42,960 nt of DNA, taken from sequence record PQ847473.1; one strand, given 5' to 3'. The position numbers and the translations under genes were made by a program. Positions 9,909 to 19,416 of the stretch are shown here, one piece after another. Each line of letters begins with the position of its first letter. The first letter of the stretch is position 1. Under the pieces are notes generated by a model. The model made no database searches and had not been told where the DNA came from. It saw nothing but the letters and a program-made list of their open reading frames with translations. The DNA is from Escherichia phage vB_EcoP_P64441.

Positions 9909-11465
9909 TTATTGAATTAAACCTAATTGTTGACCTGCTACAGTCGGGTCAGTAACTTGCAATAATGATTGCTGCTGCTGCTGGTCCTGCTGCTGCTGTG
10001 CTTGCTCTGCTTGCTGGCGTGCTTGCAATTCCTCTTCACTATAGAAGAAGGCACTGCTCTGAATGCCGAAGCTATCCATTACACTGTCAATCAAAGCATC
10101 AACGTTAGTACGTACAGTTGCCTGTTGCAGTACTGGTACAATTAATTGAAGACTCTGTACTGCTTCAAGTAGTCTATCAGCCTGGGCTGACTTGTACAAG
10201 CTAGCGGTCCCTACCGTTACATCCAGCTCCAATGCACCGAGCTCGAACATAGGTCGAATCTCAGGATACTTATTAAGAACGTACAGGTACGCGAGTTTAC
10301 GAAGCCAATTATCTGCAAGTGTAGAGTAAGCGTCACCTAAGGCTGATTGTGCTTCTTGAGCATTCTGACGAATCTCATAAGCAGTTACACGCTCACCTTG
10401 ACGAGTGTTACCGCCGTACATGAATGCACGGGATAGCTTCTGCTCGATAGTGCTAATCTCAGCTTGTAGCGCGGCAATCTTCTGAGCGTTCCCACCTTCA
10501 TGGGACCATACTCCAGAACTGGTACCTGCGGGCTGGTTAGTCTGTACGAACTCACCTGTCTCTGCATCTTGCAATGCATCAATATCTACACCAGAAGCTG
10601 AGCTAACCATGTTAACTACTCTCGCTGCTTCCACCTCATACAAGGTTAAGCTACGGGAAAGTACAGATAAACGGGCGAAGTCACCAGCGTAATCCTCAAC
10701 GAGGCTACGACCGTAGTGCTCACCATTAACAAGGTTCCATGCCAGTACTACGTACGGACATTGGTCCTCAGGATAATAGCTAGGCTCACCTACAGGGTAG
10801 GTTTCGACTTCCTGATATACTTTATATACATAACCAAGCTCACGACGCTCACGCATAATTCCAGTAAATAAGCGCACATCATCGTACATCTCCTTATTGG
10901 AGAAGTGAGCTCGTCGGATATCATCTGGGATATCCGCAACGCTGATACGTTCACGTAGGATTGTAGTCAGTACGTTACCGGCTCCATCACGCTTAGTAGC
11001 ATAATCGCGCACGCTGTATACGTAAGAACGTTCAGTTTCGGAGTCGAAGTATTCCAGAGCATTGCCAGTTACGAGTAATAGTTTAATAGCGCGTAGCTTT
11101 GCAGCATACCCACCTTTAGTGAATACGATACTAGATGCTACAGCTTCCATTTCAGCCTGAGCTGAGAAGACCGGACCTTGCAGACCTAATTGGTCAACAA
11201 TCCCTGTAAGGTCAGCGGATGCCGCGAATCTAAAGAATGGACTGCCTTGTGGAAACAATGCATCTACAATCTTAGTAGCTGCTGAGTTGACAAGCAGCGC
11301 ACCAGTACTCTGATAGTCATGCACCAGAGAAGTACGCTTACCGTCACTCGCTGTAATATCCTTAGTGAATACGTTAGGAAGTGTCCAGCGAGCGTATTGC
11401 TCAGCAGCGTCTAGTGTAGATGCATCCTTCAATCGAACGAATAAATCTGCTAAACGCTTTTGCAT
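9909..11465 (-). CDS. Portal (head-to-tail connector) protein (gp8-like)
   Basis: 518 aa. 'GERVTAYEIRQNAQEAQSALGDAYSTLADNWL' parallels T7 gp8 'GERVTAEEIRYVASELEDTLGGVYSILSQEL'. Gln-rich C-terminus. Confidence 0.85.
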   Translation of the reverse strand: MQKRLADLFVRLKDASTLDAAEQYARWTLPNVFTKDITASDGKRTSLVHDYQSTGALLVNSAATKIVDALFPQGSPFFRFAASADLTGIVDQLGLQGPVFSAQAEMEAVASSIVFTKGGYAAKLRAIKLLLVTGNALEYFDSETERSYVYSVRDYATKRDGAGNVLTTILRERISVADIPDDIRRAHFSNKEMYDDVRLFTGIMRERRELGYVYKVYQEVETYPVGEPSYYPEDQCPYVVLAWNLVNGEHYGRSLVEDYAGDFARLSVLSRSLTLYEVEAARVVNMVSSASGVDIDALQDAETGEFVQTNQPAGTSSGVWSHEGGNAQKIAALQAEISTIEQKLSRAFMYGGNTRQGERVTAYEIRQNAQEAQSALGDAYSTLADNWLRKLAYLYVLNKYPEIRPMFELGALELDVTVGTASLYKSAQADRLLEAVQSLQLIVPVLQQATVRTNVDALIDSVMDSFGIQSSAFFYSEEELQARQQAEQAQQQQDQQQQQSLLQVTDPTVAGQQLGLIQ

Positions 11466-11468
11466 AAT

Positions 11469-11699
11469 TTAAATCCCAAGTGCAGACGATGCTGCGCCTT
11501 GACGACGTCGCTTCTGGTCTGAGGTAATTGCAGTTGCAGATGCAGAGGCTGCGCCGCCTGAATCTACCTGAGTCAGGTTCTCACCAGAAGCATCGTTATC
11601 TAATGCAGCCTGTGCCGCGATGGCTTGCCGCTGTTGTTCAGCTGCTTTCTGCTGCGCTTCCAGTGCCGCAGTGTCAGTCAGTCCAACAAGGTCAGTCAC
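11469..11699 (-). CDS. Hypothetical protein (76 aa)
   Basis: Small ORF directly upstream of the portal gene. The called start is GTG. Confidence 0.3.
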   Translation of the reverse strand: MTDLVGLTDTAALEAQQKAAEQQRQAIAAQAALDNDASGENLTQVDSGGAASASATAITSDQKRRRQGAASSALGI

Positions 11700-11758
11700 A
11701 GATGATAATGCTTTCTTAATCCCGCCGATGATGCTACCCTCCGCCCGAAGGCTATATG

Positions 11759-12187
11759 TTAGTTGAGTTTGATTCCGCGCTGAAGATAGTCCTTATCCGA
11801 CACCGCACGGGTGAGTATTAACCAGTCTGCACCGTTCTCTCGAACAATACGTTTTAAATTCCTGTAGAGTGTAGCAACTGCCTGGGGATGATAAGGCTCA
11901 ACTACCAAGAAGCCCGTAACCATACTCTTCCCAGGGTAATGTGAATTCTCTAGTAATTCAGGCAGGATACTTACCCCACCTACCAACTCATCTCCACTGA
12001 ACACAGCTAAGACACTGTGCCCTTGTATCTCCTGGACAACCTTCTGGAAGTGCTCTTCCTCGTCCATACCTAGCTTAATGCCAATGCCCCAGATATGAAG
12101 CTGTTTTACAATCTTGATTATGTAATCACTGGAAGTATTCCAATTGTATAATCTAGTGTTGTAGAGAGTGTTGTTTTGTTTGCTCAT
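11759..12187 (-). CDS. Hypothetical protein (142 aa)
   Basis: ORF between the RNA polymerase and portal genes. No recognisable motif. Confidence 0.4.
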   Translation of the reverse strand: MSKQNNTLYNTRLYNWNTSSDYIIKIVKQLHIWGIGIKLGMDEEEHFQKVVQEIQGHSVLAVFSGDELVGGVSILPELLENSHYPGKSMVTGFLVVEPYHPQAVATLYRNLKRIVRENGADWLILTRAVSDKDYLQRGIKLN

Positions 12188-12249
12188 GTTGGTTGCTACC
12201 CCTTACTATTACCTGTGGTTTCTGAGATACCTGTAGTACATTTAATGAA

Positions 12250-14700
12250 CTAACAGAAAAAGAATCTGCTACCCAGTACCTGCTTAAGGTCCAAAGAACC
12301 TTTAGCTGGTAACTCCAGCCCTTCTAAGTCTGCCCCACAAGCTACTGCCGCATCAGTAATCTCCTGAAGTACGTCATGCTCTGTGTACAGACGTAGGAAC
12401 TGTTCGCGGATAGCAGAATGCATTTCATCTACATCGCAAGCGTGAGTAGCTACCGAGTCGTGGATAGGCATAATGTCTCCTGAGAATGCAGAGATAGTCA
12501 TACCTAAGTGAGTAGCGTCTAAGCTGTGCACCCAATTAGGGGAGATGCCTGACTTAGCCTTACGCTTGTTGTTTACATTGTAGTTACGGTTGTACACCAG
12601 CAGGTGTGTCAGGTTCATGCTCTTAACAGAAACCTTAGTCTCTTCTGATTCAGTGTATCGGTTGATAACCAGCCCGCCTAACGGAGTCTTCCATTGAAGG
12701 TGGTTGGCTGCTGGTACACGATAGCACAGTGACTGTACATATTTCATCGCCTCAGTAGCTGCTGGGTTAGCGTCCTCTACTGCTGCCTTCATGCGAGTAC
12801 TCAGATATCCTGCCAGCTTGAACAGGCTGTACTCTTCCGTCCCTTCGTAACCTTCTTCCTGTGCAGACTGAAGGATGTACTCTGAGCAAGAGCGCACAGT
12901 AGCCGAGTATACGTGTGTCATGCATGGACGTTTAGCCATGCTGCGGGTAATCTCGTTCCCACGCCAGTAGTTAGCCTGCACTACGAAGTCAGGATTGTCC
13001 AGGTCCATGATGACCTTAGCATCAGTACGGCGCTTAACGTCCATGTACATATCTGCTTTCTCTTCGTTACCCTCCCAGAACAGGTTAACTAAACGACCAC
13101 CTACTGAGTCACGCAGTAACGCGGCGAAGTGCTGCTGCCCCGAGTTGGTTGCATCCATAGCCACCGGAATGCGTGATTCGTATGTTTCCGGGCTGCCCGA
13201 GTCAATAGCAGCAACGAGGTCGATGCAGGCTGCCAGAAAACACCACGGGCTGTCTGCACTCCTGAAAGCTTCTGCATTAAACGGATTTGATGCGACAAGT
13301 CGAATCTGCTCGATATTAGCATCAGTCCAAGCTGCACGCTTTTCGAATAAGGCTTTATCATAACCATAGCAGGTAGCGACGTGTACCTTGAGCCAAAACA
13401 AACCCCGCTCTCCCAGAGGCTTTGCCCGACTGAAGGAGAGCAAAGCTTTCTGCATGTCAGGACCCTGAGGGTGCAGGCTTGATTTGAAGTACAGGCGGTA
13501 GCGCCAGTCAACGCAGGTTGGGAAGTACAGTTCTTTCTCATCCTTAAACTCCTCGCAGAGTTGAACCAGTGTCACCATGGAACGCAACTTACTTACGCGA
13601 GTACGCTCTTGGATGTACCAGTTACGCATATTCATCTTCCAAGTCTGGAAGTCATCCATCTGGCGCTCGGTGTAATCCTCTTTAGGTACACCGTCCAGAT
13701 ACCACTCAGGTTTAGGGGCTGGGTAGGAACTAGGCATACCTGTCGTTACACCTTCACGACGTGCTTGGTTAAGCAGATTAAGTACTTCCTTGTTGATAAC
13801 GTAAGGCACTTCCTGCGCCTTGTTCAGCATATCCTTCAGTCCCTCTGCCTGCTTGAATGCCTCTGCTACTTCACGTTTCATTGCACGAGTAATCTGGTGA
13901 TTATGGTAAGTACCGCGCTTGCAAGTGCTGCTTAGAAGGTATCCACCTGAGAACATGTCTACATGCTTCTGCGGAGGTACAATCATTGGGGGTTTAATCT
14001 CTACGGTATCTGCGTCCAGTACTAAATCGCCTAGTACCTCAGCTAATACTTCAGACGGTGCCAAGTATTGTAGCTGGGTTGCGTCAGTGCTCTTATCCCA
14101 CGTGAACAGGCCTGTTTCCCACACAGGTTGTAGGATTAATTTACCTACTGCTACACACTGAGAAGCGGACCAAGGTTCATGCCCGTAGTGCACATTCTCT
14201 GCTGAAGCACGTAAGGTCTTCATAATATGCGACTGACTTGTAGTGTTACGTTCTTTCAAGTACTCAAATACACGATTCATATATGCGGGTGCAACTACTT
14301 CTAACTGTATGCTAAGGACCTCGGCTTGAACCTGGCGCCCTAGGCTAGCCAGCAAAGCTTGTGCAGATGTACGGCTTCCACCAGACTCTTTAAGGAAGAG
14401 GGAGTCAATGCATTTAGTGAGTGCCATTACAGCGAGAACGTCAGTAGGGACCAGACGGATAATGCTGCGGTACTTACCGCCGACGCCTGCGGTCTTCTGT
14501 GCCTTCATCTCGTCAATGCCTTGAGCAACAGTATCATAGGCTGCTGCAATCATGCGACTTACCTTAGGCAGGCTGCTTAAGTTACCTGCTGCCAGTGCCT
14601 TCTGCACCAGCTCACGCGACTTGTTCAGGCTACGAGTGCGGTAATCTTTCTCTAGCTGTAACTGGCGTTCTACTTTCTGTTCTAATGTTTCGTGTTGCAT
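12250..14700 (-). CDS. T7-like single-subunit DNA-dependent RNA polymerase
   Basis: 816 aa. 'MDATNSGQQHFAALLRDSVGGRLVNL' matches the T7 RNAP motif A region '[25 protein letters not shown]'. 'IHDSVATHA' matches motif C (HDSFG). The C-terminus 'LGSRFFFC' parallels T7 'ESDFAFA'. Confidence 0.9.
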   Translation of the reverse strand: MQHETLEQKVERQLQLEKDYRTRSLNKSRELVQKALAAGNLSSLPKVSRMIAAAYDTVAQGIDEMKAQKTAGVGGKYRSIIRLVPTDVLAVMALTKCIDSLFLKESGGSRTSAQALLASLGRQVQAEVLSIQLEVVAPAYMNRVFEYLKERNTTSQSHIMKTLRASAENVHYGHEPWSASQCVAVGKLILQPVWETGLFTWDKSTDATQLQYLAPSEVLAEVLGDLVLDADTVEIKPPMIVPPQKHVDMFSGGYLLSSTCKRGTYHNHQITRAMKREVAEAFKQAEGLKDMLNKAQEVPYVINKEVLNLLNQARREGVTTGMPSSYPAPKPEWYLDGVPKEDYTERQMDDFQTWKMNMRNWYIQERTRVSKLRSMVTLVQLCEEFKDEKELYFPTCVDWRYRLYFKSSLHPQGPDMQKALLSFSRAKPLGERGLFWLKVHVATCYGYDKALFEKRAAWTDANIEQIRLVASNPFNAEAFRSADSPWCFLAACIDLVAAIDSGSPETYESRIPVAMDATNSGQQHFAALLRDSVGGRLVNLFWEGNEEKADMYMDVKRRTDAKVIMDLDNPDFVVQANYWRGNEITRSMAKRPCMTHVYSATVRSCSEYILQSAQEEGYEGTEEYSLFKLAGYLSTRMKAAVEDANPAATEAMKYVQSLCYRVPAANHLQWKTPLGGLVINRYTESEETKVSVKSMNLTHLLVYNRNYNVNNKRKAKSGISPNWVHSLDATHLGMTISAFSGDIMPIHDSVATHACDVDEMHSAIREQFLRLYTEHDVLQEITDAAVACGADLEGLELPAKGSLDLKQVLGSRFFFC

Positions 14701-14739
14701 TTGATTCCCTCTAGCTAATCGTGGCTGTATGTGAGGTTA

Positions 14740-15504
14740 TTACTGGTTTGCTAGGAACACTGCCTTAGCAAACCCTCTTGGAGTTAATGAGCGAATTACT
14801 TTAGTCTTAACAGATTTACCGCCCAGTTTACTATGTTGGGCGCTGTACCCTGCTTCCACTTCTACAGGTTTAACTTCAGGTATATTAAAACCATTACCTA
14901 CCCATAAGCACGTCTTCTTAGGATAAGCGTCCCGTGGCTTTATATAGTCTGGGAACTCAGGATGACTGTCGTCAGTATCCAAATAGCCGCCATACTGGTA
15001 TGGGTGAAAGGAGTAGTCCGGCTTACGCCACTTACTACTCAGTACACTTACTGGATTCTCAATCATGTAAGGTACAGCGTACTTATCCCCTAAGATAGCA
15101 GCTAGCTTAGCCGTAGCTACTGCCTTGTTCTGTACCTCTGGGTCTTTAGCTATCTTAGCTGCAAAGTGCGCGGCGCCGCTTACTGCTAAGTCAGTACATG
15201 GAGGGAATGCGAGTATTAAATCAGGCGTCTCTTCAAAATCAAATGAACTATCTAACCACACGTTAACGTATGTAATATTAAGGTGCTTAACCTTAATACC
15301 ACTATAAGGCCCGTGGTCGGCATCGTCAGAGTTAAAGCAGTAGCACTTGTAACCGGCCTCAGCGAAGGGAAGAACAGCATACCCTGAACCGTCAAATAAA
15401 GACCATACAACTTTACCCATAATTACCTCACTTGGACTCGCGTCCCTTCCAAATCTGATAAAGCTCTTCGTAATCCTTAGCTGCTGCCGTGTCTCCACGC
15501 TCAA
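14740..15504 (-). CDS. Putative SAM-dependent DNA (cytosine-5) methyltransferase-like protein
   Basis: 'SLFDGSGYA' resembles C5-methyltransferase motif I (FxGxG), 'FPPCTDLAVSG' motif IV (PC), and 'YMIENPVSV' motif VI (ENV). Only 254 aa, so a full target-recognition domain is doubtful. Confidence 0.4.
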   Translation of the reverse strand: MSVETRQQLRITKSFIRFGRDASPSEVIMGKVVWSLFDGSGYAVLPFAEAGYKCYCFNSDDADHGPYSGIKVKHLNITYVNVWLDSSFDFEETPDLILAFPPCTDLAVSGAAHFAAKIAKDPEVQNKAVATAKLAAILGDKYAVPYMIENPVSVLSSKWRKPDYSFHPYQYGGYLDTDDSHPEFPDYIKPRDAYPKKTCLWVGNGFNIPEVKPVEVEAGYSAQHSKLGGKSVKTKVIRSLTPRGFAKAVFLANQ

Positions 15505-15543
15505 CAGCCTCTGACCACTTCTGCATTGCCCACTCTGAATTAC

Positions 15544-15735
15544 TCAATGTAATACTTCCCCTGTAGACTCTGTACCTTCCATTAGGTAGAAGTCGTAATC
15601 ATGCTCTACTATGCCAGCTTGCTGCCCAGCCCAGAACAGGTCCTGCATGAACTGCTCTGCATAGTCTAAGTCAGTACTGTCAATCTCAATTACTGCAATA
15701 ATCTTGTTTGGTTTATGCATTCTCAAGTACCTCAA
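15544..15735 (-). CDS. Hypothetical small acidic protein
   Basis: 63-aa ORF. No motif. Confidence 0.3.
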   Translation of the reverse strand: MRYLRMHKPNKIIAVIEIDSTDLDYAEQFMQDLFWAGQQAGIVEHDYDFYLMEGTESTGEVLH

Positions 15736-15934
15736 TCAGTCGGTCAGTGTACCAGCGTGCCTTCTTCAGGTCTTCCACCGGATTAATCTTCTTCTCATAG
15801 CGCCAGAAGTATTTCTGTGCATTCCCTTTCAAGTATCCACAGAAGGCTTCCTCGGTCATACTAGCTTCAATAGCTTCAATGCACTCAATGCTGCCATCAG
15901 CATAGTGTGATGGGTGATTTACCATATCAGTCAT
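15713..15934 (-). CDS. DUF3310-like phage protein
   Basis: 'NHPSHYADGSIECIEAIEA...KGNAQKYFWR' matches my recollection of the DUF3310 signature (HPxHY ... IEcIdai ... KGNaiKYiwR) that is common in phages. Confidence 0.5.
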   Translation of the reverse strand: MTDMVNHPSHYADGSIECIEAIEASMTEEAFCGYLKGNAQKYFWRYEKKINPVEDLKKARWYTDRLIEVLENA

Positions 15935-16356
15935 TTCTTAATCTCCCGTGCTGCGCGTTTAACTGCGCGTTGCTTACGTGTCTTAGCGTTAGCTGCTAGA
16001 CGTTTCTCTTCTTCGGTCTTATGTGTAGGGTAAATATAATTGGTGGGTTCACGGTCTAAGTAATCTGCCATATTGCGTAAAGCATTGGCGATAGCAGCAC
16101 TACTACCCATGCTGCCAACAATCCACCTACCACAAGCGGACGCCACTTTCCCCTCACCCCCATTGCATGACCTATGCAATGCACCACGTATACGCCCATT
16201 ATTATGGTCATGGTCACATACAACACTGTCACCTTTAGCCCCCTTAATTGAGAAATCTAGCGGCTTACCGCAGAGTAGGCAATTGCCACCCTGCTCCTTA
16301 GCAAGCTTCATAGTAATGGTACGAAGCTGTGCTCGTGTAACCTTCCTTAAGGCCAT
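15931..16356 (-). CDS. Recombination endonuclease VII (Holliday-junction resolvase type)
   Basis: 'CLLCGKP...VCDHDHNNGRIRGALHRSCN' gives the CxxC ... DHDH ... G..RG ... C.CN pattern of the endonuclease VII family. Confidence 0.7.
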   Translation of the reverse strand: MALRKVTRAQLRTITMKLAKEQGGNCLLCGKPLDFSIKGAKGDSVVCDHDHNNGRIRGALHRSCNGGEGKVASACGRWIVGSMGSSAAIANALRNMADYLDREPTNYIYPTHKTEEEKRLAANAKTRKQRAVKRAAREIKK

Positions 16357-16529
16357 ACCTGCTCCTTAACGCAACGTTTATACTGGATTACCCTAAGTGC
16401 TTGTTCGAGAGTAACGTATTCGTAATCATTGTATCTAAACCACCAAAACAGTGCCTTTACCTCTATAGCGTAGTAAACGCGCTTTAATGAAGTGACCTTA
16501 ACTACACGTATCTTATTAGGCTTTACCAC
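16347..16529 (-). CDS. Hypothetical protein (60 aa)
   Basis: ORF only. Confidence 0.25.
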   Translation of the reverse strand: MVKPNKIRVVKVTSLKRVYYAIEVKALFWWFRYNDYEYVTLEQALRVIQYKRCVKEQVWP

Positions 16530-16759
16530 AGGTTCAACTCCTCGCCTTCATCTAAATAGTGCTGCTCTGCAATCAAGTCTTCAAGCTGTACCTGCGCCTG
16601 CTTATACAATGCAGGGTCTTGCTTGTACAGCTCAGCCAGCTTGTCTTCCATCTCTGCGAAGTTCTCTTGGAAGTACAGTTCAATTACTGCTTCTACTGCT
16701 GCGTTGAAAGTCGCCATGCCTTGTATTCCTCGTTGTATTGATGCAAGGCTTCCGCCCAT
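16523..16759 (-). CDS. Hypothetical acidic protein (78 aa)
   Basis: ORF only. Confidence 0.3.
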   Translation of the reverse strand: MGGSLASIQRGIQGMATFNAAVEAVIELYFQENFAEMEDKLAELYKQDPALYKQAQVQLEDLIAEQHYLDEGEELNLW

Positions 16760-17619
16760 TTCTGGAGGTCGCCCTCCAGTAGGGGGTGTATATAACTGAA
16801 TGCCGAGTCATCTGGACTGCGACGAAGGAACAAGCATTCCATCTCAGCTAGGAAGTTCTGGTTAATCTCTGCGTAGGCCGCGACTACTTTGTTAGCCGCT
16901 CCCTTCTCCGTACTGCAATCCTCTAGGAACTCATACGCACCAGCTGGGCCTATGTTCTTTCCCTTGTACTTAGTAAGTCCAGCAACGTGGTCAGCAGCGT
17001 CACCCATTAGCATCTGGGCGAACATGAAAGCTAAACCATGACCGACTACCTTACCTCTGGATTTATCGTACTCAATCCAGCCGTAAGCATCATCAATCGC
17101 ATCTACAGTACCTAGCTCAGGGTTCCACTTAGGACCTCGGCAGAGGTTCATATCCTTATCGAAGCTGCTTACTAAGCCACGCTCACCAAACAGGATACTA
17201 TCGGTAATGATAAGGTCATCGGCCTCCTGCTGGTAGTCGAAGATAATCTCAATCCCTTGCTGAGCATACTCATTCGGGTTAGCTATGAGGTGTGCCTTAA
17301 GCGGCGCCTTCAGCGGTATCTCTGCTCTAGTTGCACGCTGACCTTGGTAAGGCTTGACGGTAGGCAGGAGGAACCTGCCGCACTTAAAGTTATCAGAAGG
17401 AGTAATGTAGGCGCGTACTTCCTTAGCGTTCGTGTAGAACTTATCTTCCAGAACCAGTTGATAGAAGCGCCGGATAGCTGTATCTAAGCGCTTCACTGTA
17501 CTGGCTGCCTTGTACACTGCTTGGTCTGCATCAAGCAGCAGCACAGTATCTGAAGGAGCAGGCGTCTCTAACTGAGCGCCTAACTCATCTAAGTTAATGC
17601 CTTTAAAGTTAATCAGCAT
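16693..17619 (-). CDS. 5'-3' exonuclease (T7 gp6-like, FEN/PIN fold)
   Basis: Acidic clusters 'LLLDADQAVYKA', 'DDLIITDSIL', 'SFDKDMN' and 'GDAADHVAGL' parallel T7 gp6 'SCDKDFKTIP' and 'GDITDGYSGIAGWG'. Confidence 0.65.
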   Translation of the reverse strand: MLINFKGINLDELGAQLETPAPSDTVLLLDADQAVYKAASTVKRLDTAIRRFYQLVLEDKFYTNAKEVRAYITPSDNFKCGRFLLPTVKPYQGQRATRAEIPLKAPLKAHLIANPNEYAQQGIEIIFDYQQEADDLIITDSILFGERGLVSSFDKDMNLCRGPKWNPELGTVDAIDDAYGWIEYDKSRGKVVGHGLAFMFAQMLMGDAADHVAGLTKYKGKNIGPAGAYEFLEDCSTEKGAANKVVAAYAEINQNFLAEMECLFLRRSPDDSAFSYIHPLLEGDLQKWAEALHQYNEEYKAWRLSTQQ

Positions 17620-18130
17620 ACTTTAATCTCCAGTGACTTAGGCAGTAGTCATATTCCCTTAATGCAGCCATACGACAGGCTACTGCCTCTAATAGCTCCG
17701 GATAGACCCCCAAGTGCTTACGAGACCCTTCTACATTTATATACACCTGCCACTTGCATAGCCTAGACACCCAGGTTACACCTGCAATTCCAGATTTATT
17801 ATTACGCTGAATACTTCTGTTCCGCTGGTTCTCTGCACATGTGACTAACCTAAGATTTTCAATTCTGTTATTAAGAACATCCCTGTCCACATGAGCTACT
17901 TCTAGGTTAAAAGGAATAGCGCCGTTATGCAGTTCCCATACAATCCTGTGAACATACCAATTGGTACCCTTCAGTGCTACAGATAACCTACCCTCAGAAC
18001 CGCTGGGCGTACCTGCTTCAGTGCCAACTTTTATCCGTCGAGCAGCAGCTACCTTCCACAGTAACTGCCCGTCCTCATATTGGAAGTAATCTTCCCAAGC
18101 TATACCGTAGTCGCTAGCTGCCTTCTTCAT
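17609..18130 (-). CDS. HNH homing endonuclease with AP2-like DNA-binding domain
   Basis: 'YVHRIVWELHNG...EVAHVDRDVLNNRIENLRLVTCAENQRN' is an HNH motif, followed by 'GIAGVTWVSRLCKWQVYI...KHLGVY', which looks like an AP2 domain. Confidence 0.7.
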   Translation of the reverse strand: MKKAASDYGIAWEDYFQYEDGQLLWKVAAARRIKVGTEAGTPSGSEGRLSVALKGTNWYVHRIVWELHNGAIPFNLEVAHVDRDVLNNRIENLRLVTCAENQRNRSIQRNNKSGIAGVTWVSRLCKWQVYINVEGSRKHLGVYPELLEAVACRMAALREYDYCLSHWRLKYAD

Positions 18131-18504
18131 CAGATGTAGCCCATTTCTTCCAAGATTAAGAGTGTACCAATCATCTCATTGATAGCACCTACTGCGTGCA
18201 GACCCTGCTCAATGTCGTAGATGATTGAGGCGATATTACTTACGTGAGCGAACAGGCTACCAGTGATACGAACATACACTAGCTCATCACCAGTCAGCTT
18301 ACCAGCCTGAGCTGTAATGTCGTTGTTATCCTTCAGGACCTGTACGACCTCATCAGCCGTGATGCCAAAGTCTTCAGCGACTGCCCAGAGAGCAGCCTTA
18401 ATATCACATACGCCCAGACTTTCATCTGAGGTGTACAGGCTAACTACAAAGTCAGACACAGAGTTGCAGAGTTCAGTGTAATGGTTAAGTACTTTATCAG
18501 TCAT
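18130..18504 (-). CDS. Hypothetical protein (124 aa)
   Basis: ORF only. Confidence 0.35.
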   Translation of the reverse strand: MTDKVLNHYTELCNSVSDFVVSLYTSDESLGVCDIKAALWAVAEDFGITADEVVQVLKDNNDITAQAGKLTGDELVYVRITGSLFAHVSNIASIIYDIEQGLHAVGAINEMIGTLLILEEMGYI

Positions 18505-18518
18505 AGCCTAATCCTTAA

Positions 18519-19319
18519 TTAAAGTGCAGGAGGAACAACAGCGAATGTAGGTGCGGCTGGAGCTACTGGAGCTACTGGAGCAGCAGGTGCAGCAGGTGCA
18601 GCAGGTGCAGCAGGTGCAGATACTGAAGCAGGTGCAGCCATAGCCGCCATGTCAGGAACATCGCCCATTAGCATCTGCTGAAGAGCCGAGCCTTCGAAGT
18701 TAACAGCGCTTAAAATATCTTCTTGCAGAAAATTGTTCTTCTCAATATGCAGAGAATCCCAAGTTTCTTTAGTCGGGTTATCAAACAGGAACAGACGAAG
18801 ACCTGATTCGTCCAATGCTGGCAGCTCTACCGGAGCGCCAGTCTGCGGGTCAAACTTAGGTAGAGTACGCAGACTCAGGAAGTCGATGGTGTTAGAAGTC
18901 TTACCAGCCTTACTGGTGTACTGCTCAACCTCAAACATGAACGCTTGGCCTAGACGTTGTGCCATGTGCTTCAGCGTGCCGTCATAGTTCATCTTGTCGA
19001 AGACTTGTTTAAACTTAGCTTTCTCGAAGCTGCTAATGGCCATTGGGAACGGATTAATACGCTTGATAGAACCATCAGGGGTGTAAACGATGAAGCCTAA
19101 GCGCACGTTCATTACTGCTGGCTTGCCAGTCGGCTTACCCATGTGCATAGGAATCTTTTTACCTAACTCGATGTACTCCATGAAGCGACCAAAGTAAGTA
19201 CCACGCGGAAGCAGTACATCAGCGAAGTTACCGCCAGCCTGTGTTACTGACTGGTCGATGCCCTGAGTAGCTACGGTTTCGTTAACGAGGGAAGACAGTG
19301 CGTTCAGATTGATAGTCAT
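18519..19319 (-). CDS. Hypothetical protein with C-terminal (Pro-Ala-Ala)n low-complexity tail
   Basis: 266-aa ORF. The C-terminus 'APAAPAAPAAPAAPVAPVAPAAP' is encoded by a 9-bp tandem repeat (gcaggtgca)n at about 18556-18625. Confidence 0.45.
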   Translation of the reverse strand: MTINLNALSSLVNETVATQGIDQSVTQAGGNFADVLLPRGTYFGRFMEYIELGKKIPMHMGKPTGKPAVMNVRLGFIVYTPDGSIKRINPFPMAISSFEKAKFKQVFDKMNYDGTLKHMAQRLGQAFMFEVEQYTSKAGKTSNTIDFLSLRTLPKFDPQTGAPVELPALDESGLRLFLFDNPTKETWDSLHIEKNNFLQEDILSAVNFEGSALQQMLMGDVPDMAAMAAPASVSAPAAPAAPAAPAAPVAPVAPAAPTFAVVPPAL

Positions 19320-19416
19320 ATTTAAATCCTTAATTAGTTACTGAGGCGGCGCGATATGCGCTCGCCGGATTAATGTAATTTTAACGTGCTTATGCAGGGC
19401 TTACTTCTTAAGGTAA

